Virus record (IMG/VR): IMGVR_UViG_2703718815_000003
Source of the DNA: a virus
Taxonomy: Duplodnaviria; Heunggongvirae; Uroviricota; Caudoviricetes
DNA: 64,000 nucleotides
Direction: 5' to 3' (one strand)
Part shown: in pieces, positions 20,582 through 29,435 of the stretch
How positions within the stretch are numbered: the stretch's first letter is position 1
How the letters are laid out: the number at the start of each line of letters is the position of its first letter
Made by a program: the position numbers and the translations under genes
The notes under the pieces: model-generated
What the model saw: the letters and a program-made list of their open reading frames with translations, nothing else
What the model was told of the DNA's origin: nothing
The model's database searches: none

Positions 20582-22487
20582 AGCTGCGCCCCTCTTTAAC
20601 TTCCAGCGTAATAGTTTCCCGGAACCATGACTTCATCTCTTTATGGGAGATAATCAGCACAGTACCTCGCTCGCGAGCTTTGGACTCCAGAATACCCATG
20701 AGGCGTTCAAGACCGGCTGTATCGAGTGCATCGTCAATTTCGTCGCCGATAAACAAATCGATGTTTTTACTCGCCCGGTTACTAACCAGATCCTGCAATG
20801 CCAAAGAACACGCAATGCGAACCTTCCGCTTCTCACCACCAGAGAGGGTCTGGAACGACTTACTTGAACCTTTCTTCTGCACACTAATGTTGAATTTGTC
20901 GCGATACTCACCTTTTTTAGTGACATCCATCGTCGACCACTCAGCAGTAATATTCCCGTCAGACAACGTATTGAGATACTCGGCAGTGCGTGTATTCAGG
21001 AAAGGCGTAACAGACGTCAAAATATGAGAACGCACCCCGGCAGGAGAGTAGACCTGACGAGCTTTTTCCAATAGCAACGTTTGTTCCTGAATAGCCTTCA
21101 ACTCATCTTTTAAGGACTTGAAGGTAGACTTACTGGATACCAAGTTATCTTCGTGTCTGGCGATAAGAGCAATAAACGGATTAATCTCTTTTGATATACG
21201 ATCGACCTCAGTACGAGCACGAGTCACAAGAGACTCAATAGCAACAACCTCCTTCTCACGATGACGCAAAGATGAGAGTTGTTTCGTAAGCTCTTCAATC
21301 CGGGCAATGATAGCCGTTACATCAGGTGTCGTTTTAACAAGGGCAGACTCAATGCTTAACGCTTTCTCAAGATTCGTTTTGTGTTTAGCCATTGCCTCTG
21401 CAAGTGTCTTCGCCTGACCAATTTCCTGACGTGCTTGTTCAATGAAATTCTCCTTCACCGTTGATAGATCTTCTTCGCAGTAGGCTTTGCCACAAGTAGG
21501 GCATGGTGATCCTACTTTAGTACCAACCTCTTCTGCTTTGGTCTTAAAATTGCGCGCGCGGCTCATTGCATCAGCCTGACTATTTTCTGTAGCTTTGATG
21601 CTTGCCCGAATATCAGTTATCGCACCACGAACTTTGAGCAACTTGGCGTCATGTTCTTCTTTTGAGGCTAACTTTTTGCGCTCACTTTCGATTGCCTTCT
21701 CGGTATCACGTATCTGTTCGGGAAGAGTGCGGATCTCAAGTTCAACTTCCGTTAACTCAACTTCGGCACTGGCCAGCCCAGCCAGGGCATCGTCATAACG
21801 TTTAGAACGCTCTTGCTCCCATGATTCAGAGGAGGCTTTCGCTGACTCAATTTCTGACTGTGTTGCCTCAATGGTCGAGATTGTCGACTCCAATTTGGTT
21901 TTAACCACATCCATACGTGCGGCAGCTGCATTAGCTCGCTCACGAGCAATAGCGTAGGCGCGTGTCAGTCTGTCAACGCCAGCGGCTTCTTCTACGATGG
22001 TTTTGAGGTTTTTGTCGGACATTCCAGGTAAATCTGGCATAGCTTCTTGGCTCGCATAGATGGAAGCCATGAAAACCTCTTTAGATGCACCGATCAGACG
22101 CTCGACGAACTCCTGCGTCAGCGCATCTTTGCCTTTCGTCATATCGCCATCTTCACCACGAACGATAAGACGATTTTTGAACTCTTTGTGTTTACGGTGA
22201 CGAATGATTGCGTATCTCTTGCCTTCATCCTCGATGGTTACTGCAACACGACAGTTCTTTTCATGGTCGGTAGACAACACATCGTCACCCTTCACACCAT
22301 GAGCTGTTTCGCCATAAAGACACCACATCAGGCTATTCATTAGAGTTGACTTTCCAGAGCCATTACTTGATGCGGAACTATCATCACTATTAACACCCTG
22401 AATAAGCACTAAACCACGCTGATCTAACTCGACCTCCGCGCTGGCGATAGCCATAAAATTCTCAACCTGGAGCTTTAAAAACTTCAT
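20571..22487 (-). CDS. SbcC/Rad50-like recombination ATPase
   Basis: N-terminal Walker A NGSGKST, long coiled-coil with central CPTCG zinc hook, C-terminal ABC signature region. Confidence 0.75.
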   Translation of the reverse strand: MKFLKLQVENFMAIASAEVELDQRGLVLIQGVNSDDSSASSNGSGKSTLMNSLMWCLYGETAHGVKGDDVLSTDHEKNCRVAVTIEDEGKRYAIIRHRKHKEFKNRLIVRGEDGDMTKGKDALTQEFVERLIGASKEVFMASIYASQEAMPDLPGMSDKNLKTIVEEAAGVDRLTRAYAIARERANAAAARMDVVKTKLESTISTIEATQSEIESAKASSESWEQERSKRYDDALAGLASAEVELTEVELEIRTLPEQIRDTEKAIESERKKLASKEEHDAKLLKVRGAITDIRASIKATENSQADAMSRARNFKTKAEEVGTKVGSPCPTCGKAYCEEDLSTVKENFIEQARQEIGQAKTLAEAMAKHKTNLEKALSIESALVKTTPDVTAIIARIEELTKQLSSLRHREKEVVAIESLVTRARTEVDRISKEINPFIALIARHEDNLVSSKSTFKSLKDELKAIQEQTLLLEKARQVYSPAGVRSHILTSVTPFLNTRTAEYLNTLSDGNITAEWSTMDVTKKGEYRDKFNISVQKKGSSKSFQTLSGGEKRKVRIACSLALQDLVSNRASKNIDLFIGDEIDDALDTAGLERLMGILESKARERGTVLIISHKEMKSWFRETITLEVKEGRSYVV

Positions 22488-22716
22488 ATAACACCTCTGA
22501 TACCGTGTGTTAGCTTTTGGCCTTCTTTCAATCTGAACTCCGTATGCGCCGGGAAGGATCTGCGCCTCAATACGCCTTTTCTTGTTAACCTTCCAAGATA
22601 AAACGCTACGGGATTTCCTTGTGGCGGGTAGGGCTTGTGAAACATCACCGTCTGGCCTCGTTCAAGTCTTTTCATCGTGATGGCAAAGTCTCGAAAGCTC
22701 CCATAACGACTTTGCT

Positions 22717-23802
22717 TCACACAGCCTCCGAACTCTCCGCTTCGGTGAGGATTTCCTGACACAAAATATCCAATTTGCTCAGATCAAATCCGCCGTCAGT
22801 ATCGTGGACAATCTTGCAATAAGCAGATACCGACTCTCCCAGGCTATCGATTTTGCTGGTTTCAGTTGTGCTGGCTGTCCCTTCCATCATTGATGACTTA
22901 CGGATGAAGTTGCACACGACACCTTTTGCACCCATTGTTTTGAGGATGTTCTGGTACTTAATGCCTTCTTCATCGTTCTCAATTACGGCGCGGAAACGCA
23001 CGTAGTTGCCGCGAATTTGGTCATCAGCAACATCATCTTCCAGGTTAATGAATTTAGGCGCACTGGTTTCGTAGTGACTGAAACTGCCGTCCGGGTTTAC
23101 GATCATGTAGCCAGCCAGAGATCCAACATCTCCCCAATTTTGATGAGTCAGTGCACCGACACTGATAACTCCAGGAATGACCTCTTTGTGGTTGTGGTAA
23201 TGCCCACTAAGCACGAGACGAAAGCCGATATCCTTTAACTCCTGCGCATCGATACCGACGTCAGGCATTGTTGGAATGGCTTTGTTAATGGATGTATGGA
23301 TAACAACGTCATGATTATCACCTTCTACGCTCTTACGTAATGCTTTCAGATCGCTGATAAGCTCCGCATGATTGTTACGCCAGCTAATCAGGTGGACAGT
23401 CACATCACCAATTTTTATTGAGTGTGGGCGCTTGCCACATACGATTACCACGCCGATAGAACTCAGCGATGCTGCTGCGTTGGCGCTATATACTGAATCG
23501 TTGGTTTCAAGATCGTGATTACCGGCCAGCATTACTACTGTCAGATCAAGCTCGTTGATAATCCACTTGTACGTTTCAGTTACGTAATGCAAAACAGAAG
23601 GGGACACAGTTCCTCGGACGTGAAATGTATCACCGGCAACCAACATGTACTTACAACCGGCCTTCTTCATGGCGATGGCTGCTTCTTTCGTTGCTTCCAA
23701 CTGTATTTCAAGTCTGGAGTTAAGCCCCTCAGCGTTCGTCGTGGAGAACGCATCCCATTTGTGGTAGTGGCAGTCAGAAATGACGCCGTATGGCAAAGTC
23801 AT
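22717..23802 (-). CDS. SbcD/Mre11-like nuclease
   Basis: calcineurin-like phosphoesterase motifs AGDTFH, GNHD, SGHYHNH. Confidence 0.8.
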   Translation of the reverse strand: MTLPYGVISDCHYHKWDAFSTTNAEGLNSRLEIQLEATKEAAIAMKKAGCKYMLVAGDTFHVRGTVSPSVLHYVTETYKWIINELDLTVVMLAGNHDLETNDSVYSANAAASLSSIGVVIVCGKRPHSIKIGDVTVHLISWRNNHAELISDLKALRKSVEGDNHDVVIHTSINKAIPTMPDVGIDAQELKDIGFRLVLSGHYHNHKEVIPGVISVGALTHQNWGDVGSLAGYMIVNPDGSFSHYETSAPKFINLEDDVADDQIRGNYVRFRAVIENDEEGIKYQNILKTMGAKGVVCNFIRKSSMMEGTASTTETSKIDSLGESVSAYCKIVHDTDGGFDLSKLDILCQEILTEAESSEAV

Positions 23803-24056
23803 GTATTTTTCCTTTGTGGTTATTTTGATACAAATTCTAAGAGCAATGAGGAGGTAAACAACTATGCATAACGGTATGTTAGGAATGAAACGAGCGCCTT
23901 AATATACAAAATTTATAAGTAAGTATATACCTATTTATCGTGGCGCAACTTTGCTTGTCTGTATGACTAAAAATAAGACAGGATCACTGTAGAACGCTAT
24001 GAGAGCTATTTTGAGGGGACGTAGATTCTATCTACGCCAATATACGATCTGGAGGG

Positions 24057-24701
24057 TTACAGCGCGTCAGTGGGCTTTTTACGCGCTGCGTTTATGCTTA
24101 TGACGCCAGCTTTTGGACGTGGGTCAACAAGGTTAAGCTCTTCTTCGCTGTGGTATTCGAGGTCGAACTCACGTTTTACATGTCTGATGTAGATTGCGGT
24201 GAGCAGGCTATCTTTGGTCAGAAAGTGTCCGTAGGATTTGCGGATCACTTCTTCTACTTTCTCGATTTTCTCACCACCCATACAGAGATGATTAAACCGG
24301 CTGTGTTTCCGCAACATTTCGTCTACTGGGCCTGAGTAAACCTTGTCTACTTTCCCAAAACGGATGATTTTCCCTGTGTCTGCGGATACGAGGCAAATCA
24401 GCTTGTCTGGTGATAAACGATCTCGCCACGTCACACCTGAACGGAGTGTGTTGAAGTAGGGAGCATCCAATCCGATGATCGGTTTACGAAATGCGAGTAA
24501 TGGAACGTACCTGATGCAACTGTTTAAATGAAAATTCACACCAGCCTTATCAAGTTTAATTCTGGTTTCGTAGATCGGGCACTTCGCCGCTATACCGCAG
24601 ATGTCACAAAGCAACTTCTGCTTATTCAGGTTGGAATTTGATTCGATAGTGTAGGAGCCGTCTTCAAGACGACGAACCCAGCGCGTGCGTTTTAGATCCA
24701 T
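24057..24701 (-). CDS. hypothetical protein
   Basis: 214-aa ORF. Confidence 0.4.
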   Translation of the reverse strand: MDLKRTRWVRRLEDGSYTIESNSNLNKQKLLCDICGIAAKCPIYETRIKLDKAGVNFHLNSCIRYVPLLAFRKPIIGLDAPYFNTLRSGVTWRDRLSPDKLICLVSADTGKIIRFGKVDKVYSGPVDEMLRKHSRFNHLCMGGEKIEKVEEVIRKSYGHFLTKDSLLTAIYIRHVKREFDLEYHSEEELNLVDPRPKAGVISINAARKKPTDAL

Positions 24702-24787
24702 ATGTCATTTTTCTGTGATTGTTAGCCGAGGCAACGATAACCCACCAGGTGCGCCGAAGGTAGTAAATGCCTGTTTTAATTATTCAC

Positions 24788-24861
24788 ATATCCACAGGAT
24801 AGATCCTAATAAAGAGATCCATAGATAGATCCTTGTATAGATCAAATAAGATCCCCGATCG
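24788..24861. promoter_or_regulatory. origin-like region: DnaA-box-like ATATCCACA followed by six GATC sites
   Basis: ATATCCACA at 24788..24796; GATC at 24802, 24817, 24829, 24841, 24851, 24858, five in AGATCC context at roughly helical spacing. Confidence 0.55.
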
Positions 24862-24900
24862 CTGTAAGCCGCGCCACGACTGGTCTGAAGCCATGTTCAT

Positions 24901-25002
24901 GTATGCTGTCAGCGGTAATTGATAGTCTGTCAGCGGTTCACCGTATGCTGCCAACTGTTTTTGGTATTCTGTCAGCGGCAAATCAAGTATGCTGTCAGCG
25001 GT
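24901..25002 (+). repeat. iteron array upstream of repA (5 direct repeats of GTATGCTGTCAGCGGT)
   Basis: copies at 24901, 24925, 24943, 24966, 24987, spaced 18-24 bp. Confidence 0.8.
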
Positions 25003-25022
25003 TGAATGACAAAGGTGTCCAC

Positions 25023-26117
25023 ATGTCCACAAAAAATAAAAAAGGTAAAAATAACAAAGAAGTAGAAGATAATCTCGACAACTTTGAAGAAGGTTCCCTT
25101 GAATTGTACACAGGGGAACTTGTCCCTAATAGCAACAATACAGTCCAACCAATTGCGTTGATGCGGCTGGGATTGTTCGTGCCCACGCTCAAGGGGACAA
25201 AATACAGCAAGCGTAACAAGCCAAATGAGATCGATGCTTCAAAGGAGCTTGTTCAGCTCGAAGTAGCCCGTTCTGAAGGCTATTCCGATATCAAGATAAC
25301 CGGTCCTCGTCTCGACATGGATCATGATTTCAAAACGTGGGTGGGCGTTGTGCGTTCGCTGGCAGAATACGGCGAACCTAACGGTCGTGTCGAGTTAAGC
25401 ATCACGAAATTTGCGAAGTTTTGTGGCTATCCATCGTCACAGATCCGCAAAACACTCCGCGACCGGCTTACAAACAGTCTTTTGAAGATCATGCGTACAA
25501 CTCTGTCTTTCCAGAGAACGTATGAAGAAAAGAACGTCGACGGCTCTAACAAGATCTCGCTTCTGATGGTGCACCTCATCAATAGCGTGGACTACAACGA
25601 GCAGAAAGATACGGTGGTGTTCTATGCAGAACCGAAGCTGGCCGAACTATATCGCTTTGACCATAAGGTTCTTTTGCAGTTAAAGGTTATCAATAAGCTA
25701 CCACGCAAAGAAACAGCACAGGCTCTGTACACCTTCATCGAAAGTCTTCCAACCAAGCCTGCGCCGGTATCGCTTGCTCGATTGCGTGCGCGACTCAATT
25801 TGAGTAGCAGGAATGTCAGCTCGCAGAATCAGACTATACGCAACGGCTTAAAAGCTCTCCAAGATTTGGGTTATCTCGAATACAGCGAGATTAAGCGAGG
25901 GCGGTCGATCTATATCCAGATTCACAGCCGCAATCCAAAACTCAAAGTCGCACCGCCAAAACCTGAAGACATCGAACCCAAAAAACTAGATGAGAAAGCT
26001 GGGGAAATTGATGCCAAACAGAACATTATCAACAAGATAACCGAACTTTCGCAGAATTTGACGCCTGAAAATATCAAGATGATTGAGATCCTTTCCAATA
26101 GTCTCAAACTGCTTTGA
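25023..26117 (+). CDS. repA: iteron-binding replication initiator RepA-like protein
   Basis: only long plus-strand ORF here; bracketed by direct-repeat arrays; start placed at ATG 25023 after last upstream iteron (ORF track starts at 24903 inside the iterons). Confidence 0.65.
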   Translation: MSTKNKKGKNNKEVEDNLDNFEEGSLELYTGELVPNSNNTVQPIALMRLGLFVPTLKGTKYSKRNKPNEIDASKELVQLEVARSEGYSDIKITGPRLDMDHDFKTWVGVVRSLAEYGEPNGRVELSITKFAKFCGYPSSQIRKTLRDRLTNSLLKIMRTTLSFQRTYEEKNVDGSNKISLLMVHLINSVDYNEQKDTVVFYAEPKLAELYRFDHKVLLQLKVINKLPRKETAQALYTFIESLPTKPAPVSLARLRARLNLSSRNVSSQNQTIRNGLKALQDLGYLEYSEIKRGRSIYIQIHSRNPKLKVAPPKPEDIEPKKLDEKAGEIDAKQNIINKITELSQNLTPENIKMIEILSNSLKLL

Positions 26118-26649
26118 TATGCTGTCAGCGGTGAAATGTATGCTATCAGCGGCTATTTTTCTGAAAAGTATGCTGTAAACGGTTAAATATATGCTACCAG
26201 CGGTATAGTGAGATGAACGTATGCTGTGGGCGGTAAATCATCTATCACCACTCAATGCTCTGTCATACCTCCCCAGTGGTTACTAACCTCGAAGAGTGCA
26301 TTCCATATAGGTTTGCGCTCACTAACATTCTATTGCTATTGCGCTGATTGCTTGTAGTGAAAGGCATTTATTGCCTGCTGCTCCCTGATAGAACGTATGC
26401 TGTCAGCGGTGTTTTATTGAGGAATTTTTGTTTGGATATGCTATCAGCGGTAATTAATGGTATATGTCAGACCTTCGTATGCTGCCAGCGGTAATTTTGT
26501 TCTGGTTATACCCATACCGGTACACATTATTCATGCAATGTCTTAAGTATGCTGTCAGCGGTAAAAAATCGAGTAAAGTATGCTGTGAGCGGTGAGATAG
26601 ACTCTCGATATGCTATCAGCGGTAGTTGATTGTGTATGCTGTCAGCGGT
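26118..26649 (+). repeat. iteron arrays downstream of repA (12 direct repeats in two clusters)
   Basis: copies at 26118, 26138, 26169, 26189, 26219 and 26395, 26436, 26477, 26547, 26578, 26608, 26634. Confidence 0.8.
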
Positions 26650-26696
26650 GACGACTATGAAATATGACTGCGGAACGTGCCGCAGTCAGTTTGCAT

Positions 26697-26909
26697 TTAG
26701 TGTATTTTCTTTAACAGACCCCAAAGTGTTCCGGCTTTTGTAGTCAGTTTTCCTGTTTCTGGATCGTACATACGCCATTCACGCCGCTGGTGGACGATAT
26801 ACCCATCTTCACGTTCCAGACGCTCAAGAATGCCAGGCTGCTTGAAACCCTTAGCACGCCAGTAGCCGCTTGTTTTCTCGATTTCCAGACCTGCCAGTGT
26901 TAATGCCAT
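26697..26909 (-). CDS. hypothetical protein
   Basis: 70-aa ORF. Confidence 0.3.
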   Translation of the reverse strand: MALTLAGLEIEKTSGYWRAKGFKQPGILERLEREDGYIVHQRREWRMYDPETGKLTTKAGTLWGLLKKIH

Positions 26910-27244
26910 TATCCAACCTCCTTGCAGTCATCGAAAAGGTAGCTTTGCTGAGAAGCGTGAACACCATAGAAGCCCTTGTATTTGTTGTATACGAAGTGGT
27001 CTTCTCCGACGCCGGTTAATTTGCCATTACGATTTGTGAGATATGGGGATGACAACACTCGATCGTCACGCACAACATAGAACTGGTCGCCGCTGTCTAC
27101 GACCATCGCTCCATATGGTGCTTTTATGACGTCGGTAAGAGCGCCATTCTTAACGTCGGCTACAGACATTTCACACTGATAAACAGTGGTGTCGGCCACA
27201 ACGATCGAAGAAAGGAACAACAGCGCGAATGGGATGGTCTTCAT
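26909..27244 (-). CDS. secreted protein (signal peptide)
   Basis: N-terminal MKTIPFALLFLSSIVVA signal-like sequence. Confidence 0.4.
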   Translation of the reverse strand: MKTIPFALLFLSSIVVADTTVYQCEMSVADVKNGALTDVIKAPYGAMVVDSGDQFYVVRDDRVLSSPYLTNRNGKLTGVGEDHFVYNKYKGFYGVHASQQSYLFDDCKEVG

Positions 27245-27459
27245 GCTGCCACCTCTTTGATTACATCAAATGCTGAATTAAATACGAGCACGATAGCCAA
27301 AGCGTTTATGACTACGTCGTGCACCGGGGAAAAGACTTTACGAATGACACCAGTGAAAATGCAGTCGATGACAAAAGCTATTGAAACGATGAGTAACAAG
27401 TATTCAATAAAAATCTTCATGATAGGTAGATACTAACTTATATAAATTTTACTGTAAAC

Positions 27460-27735
27460 TCACTCAAAAGTGCTGATGCTTAAAATACGCTCAAGATGTT
27501 CGGCATCTTCATCACTGATTTGTTGAGTCTCTTCTACGTACCAACAGTTGCCGTTATGCCAACAAACACCATCATCATCAACCATCACTGAATCAGCGTC
27601 ATGACCTGTATATTCAACGAGAATACGCTGGATCAGCGCGTCAGTTTCTTCGTCGTTAAGGCCATCGGCTTTGACCATAAAAAGCGGAAACACGTCATAG
27701 ACAGTGCTGGTAACGATTCGAACTAAAACTCTCAT
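27460..27735 (-). CDS. hypothetical protein
   Basis: 91-aa acidic ORF. Confidence 0.35.
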   Translation of the reverse strand: MRVLVRIVTSTVYDVFPLFMVKADGLNDEETDALIQRILVEYTGHDADSVMVDDDGVCWHNGNCWYVEETQQISDEDAEHLERILSISTFE

Positions 27736-27790
27736 GTGTTTTTCCTTTTGTGGTTAGTGTTTACTTATTTTGTTAGTTATGAATAGGCGA

Positions 27791-28216
27791 TCAATCTTCT
27801 TGTTTAGGGAAAAACTGTTCAATAACTCTGTCAACGGCTGTGTCTATATGGAGTAGATGCCACACAACCATATCTTTGCTTCCCATGCCTTGTGTGAATA
27901 TCACGTCATACTTACGCCATGCGCAGTGGAACCAATATGCTGAGTCATCAATTGGTAAATCCTCTCCCGCCTCTTTGAAGTATTTCAGCAGCATTGCCTG
28001 CTCTGCCGTTGGCGTTGGACCTATTTCCTGAGCGTACATACGGATGAATCGCTGCCAGTCTGTCTCCTCGGGGGTTGGATCTGGTGGGGTCATTTCTGCG
28101 ATAGCGTTTCGTAGTTGATGCGCCCAATCAGGTTCAGGAAAGCCTTTTGCTGCTTCATCATCAATAACATCCAGAGCCACGTTTGCGGCATCGTAGAGTT
28201 TCTTAATAGCTGTCAT
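27791..28216 (-). CDS. hypothetical protein
   Basis: 141-aa ORF; AAACAAATTATTT palindrome-like motif upstream. Confidence 0.4.
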   Translation of the reverse strand: MTAIKKLYDAANVALDVIDDEAAKGFPEPDWAHQLRNAIAEMTPPDPTPEETDWQRFIRMYAQEIGPTPTAEQAMLLKYFKEAGEDLPIDDSAYWFHCAWRKYDVIFTQGMGSKDMVVWHLLHIDTAVDRVIEQFFPKQED

Positions 28217-28265
28217 GTTTTCTTATCCTTTTAAACAAATTATTTTCTTAATAAGATAATTGCGA

Positions 28266-28291
28266 TAAAAAAGGCGTCCAACTGGACGCCT
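28266..28291 (-). terminator. intrinsic terminator
   Basis: aggcgtcc-aact-ggacgcct hairpin with A6 on plus strand (U6 on minus). Confidence 0.65.
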
Positions 28292-28307
28292 GAACTTTTT
28301 AGGGGAG

Positions 28308-29138
28308 TTATTTCACTGTAATGAAAGGAGTGTTAGCCCCTTGAGTCATGTACTGCGGTAACTGGCCATTCCATTTATTGATGGCTTCCAGTTCCATAAC
28401 GTTCGGGTTTTGACGCAGAGCTTCACCGCGCAGACGAATGGCGTCTGCTTCTGCTTGCGCACGAGCACGGATAGCATCAGCTTCACCATTAGCCTGTTCA
28501 CGTAGCATATTCGCCTCAGCTTTACGTTGTTCAACTTCCTGCTGACGTTGCAGAGTACGCTGGTTAGCCGTTACTTTGGCGTTAATAGATTCAATGACGG
28601 TTTTTGGGTAATCAGGCTTTCCAACCCATGACAGGCTCAGTACCTCAATACCAACCGGAGACATCTCTTTCTGAATATCTTTCAGTGCGTTGTCCAGCAA
28701 TTGTGCCTTACCACCGTCGATAAATGAGTCAGTGGTCATACGGCTGGCCAAACGGTTTAGAGAGTCGGCAATTTTCTGACGCAGATCTGATTCGGTGATA
28801 TCGTCTACGCCTTTGCGATAGGTCTGGAACACCGTCGTTACCTTGTCACGATTAACCAGATACGCAACGCCAATTTTGTGACCAATAGCAGTACCGTCAC
28901 TCATCTGGAATGTGAACGGCTCGTCGTAGGTCTTCATTTGTTTGAAGGTCGGGAATACGTAAAGTTCGGTGTTAAGACCTGTCCATTGGCGACCAACGCC
29001 AACTACTTCACCAATCCCTTTGTCTTCACCTAATTTGTTTACTTTGATGCCAACGTATCCAGGCTCCACGCGATCACAGCCAGTAAGACCCATTGTGCAA
29101 ACAGCGGCCACGATCACTGCCAGTAAACCTTTCTTCAT
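28308..29138 (-). CDS. SPFH/band-7 domain lipoprotein
   Basis: lipobox LTGC after signal peptide; SPFH-like core followed by Ala/Glu/Arg-rich coiled-coil. Confidence 0.6.
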   Translation of the reverse strand: MKKGLLAVIVAAVCTMGLTGCDRVEPGYVGIKVNKLGEDKGIGEVVGVGRQWTGLNTELYVFPTFKQMKTYDEPFTFQMSDGTAIGHKIGVAYLVNRDKVTTVFQTYRKGVDDITESDLRQKIADSLNRLASRMTTDSFIDGGKAQLLDNALKDIQKEMSPVGIEVLSLSWVGKPDYPKTVIESINAKVTANQRTLQRQQEVEQRKAEANMLREQANGEADAIRARAQAEADAIRLRGEALRQNPNVMELEAINKWNGQLPQYMTQGANTPFITVK

Positions 29139-29141
29139 TAC

Positions 29142-29342
29142 TTACTTCTCCTTCGAATTGATGAGTGACTTTAGAAACTTACGACCTGCAATAAACCCGA
29201 TCACAGGAGCGCCAAAAGCAACGATGATTCCAAGCATTACGGCAATGTCGCTTTTAGTAGAGATCAGCGACGGAACCAGCAAACAGTAGATGAAAACTAC
29301 AGATAGACCTGTAACTACTGCCATAAGATAGAGTTTGATCAT
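29142..29342 (-). CDS. small two-helix membrane protein (operon partner of SPFH gene)
   Basis: 66-aa ORF, two hydrophobic segments, 3-nt gap to SPFH gene. Confidence 0.4.
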   Translation of the reverse strand: MIKLYLMAVVTGLSVVFIYCLLVPSLISTKSDIAVMLGIIVAFGAPVIGFIAGRKFLKSLINSKEK

Positions 29343-29403
29343 GTGTTTTCCTATGTGGTTATTGTGTGCTAATGATAAGTAAGTGCTTATACATTTTCAA
29401 TAT

Positions 29404-29429
29404 ACAAAAAAGGCGTCCGTTTGGACGCC
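29404..29429 (-). terminator. intrinsic terminator
   Basis: ggcgtcc-gttt-ggacgcc hairpin preceded by A7 on plus strand. Confidence 0.65.
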
Positions 29430-29435
29430 TGATAA

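Noticed and set aside
22484-22762. 92-aa basic ORF between the sbcD-like and sbcC-like genes
   Set aside because: Overlaps both neighbours and has an Arg/Gly-rich composition with no clear RBS; cannot be supported or excluded from sequence alone, so not listed as a feature.
24903-25022. N-terminal 40 codons of the ORF-track repA model
   Set aside because: This extension is encoded by the upstream iterons themselves; the ATG at 25023 after the last iteron is the more plausible start.
26118-26649. Direct-repeat arrays flanking repA considered as a CRISPR array
   Set aside because: Repeats are only 16 bp, irregularly spaced (18-41 bp), cluster on both sides of an initiator-like gene, and no cas genes are present; iterons fit better.
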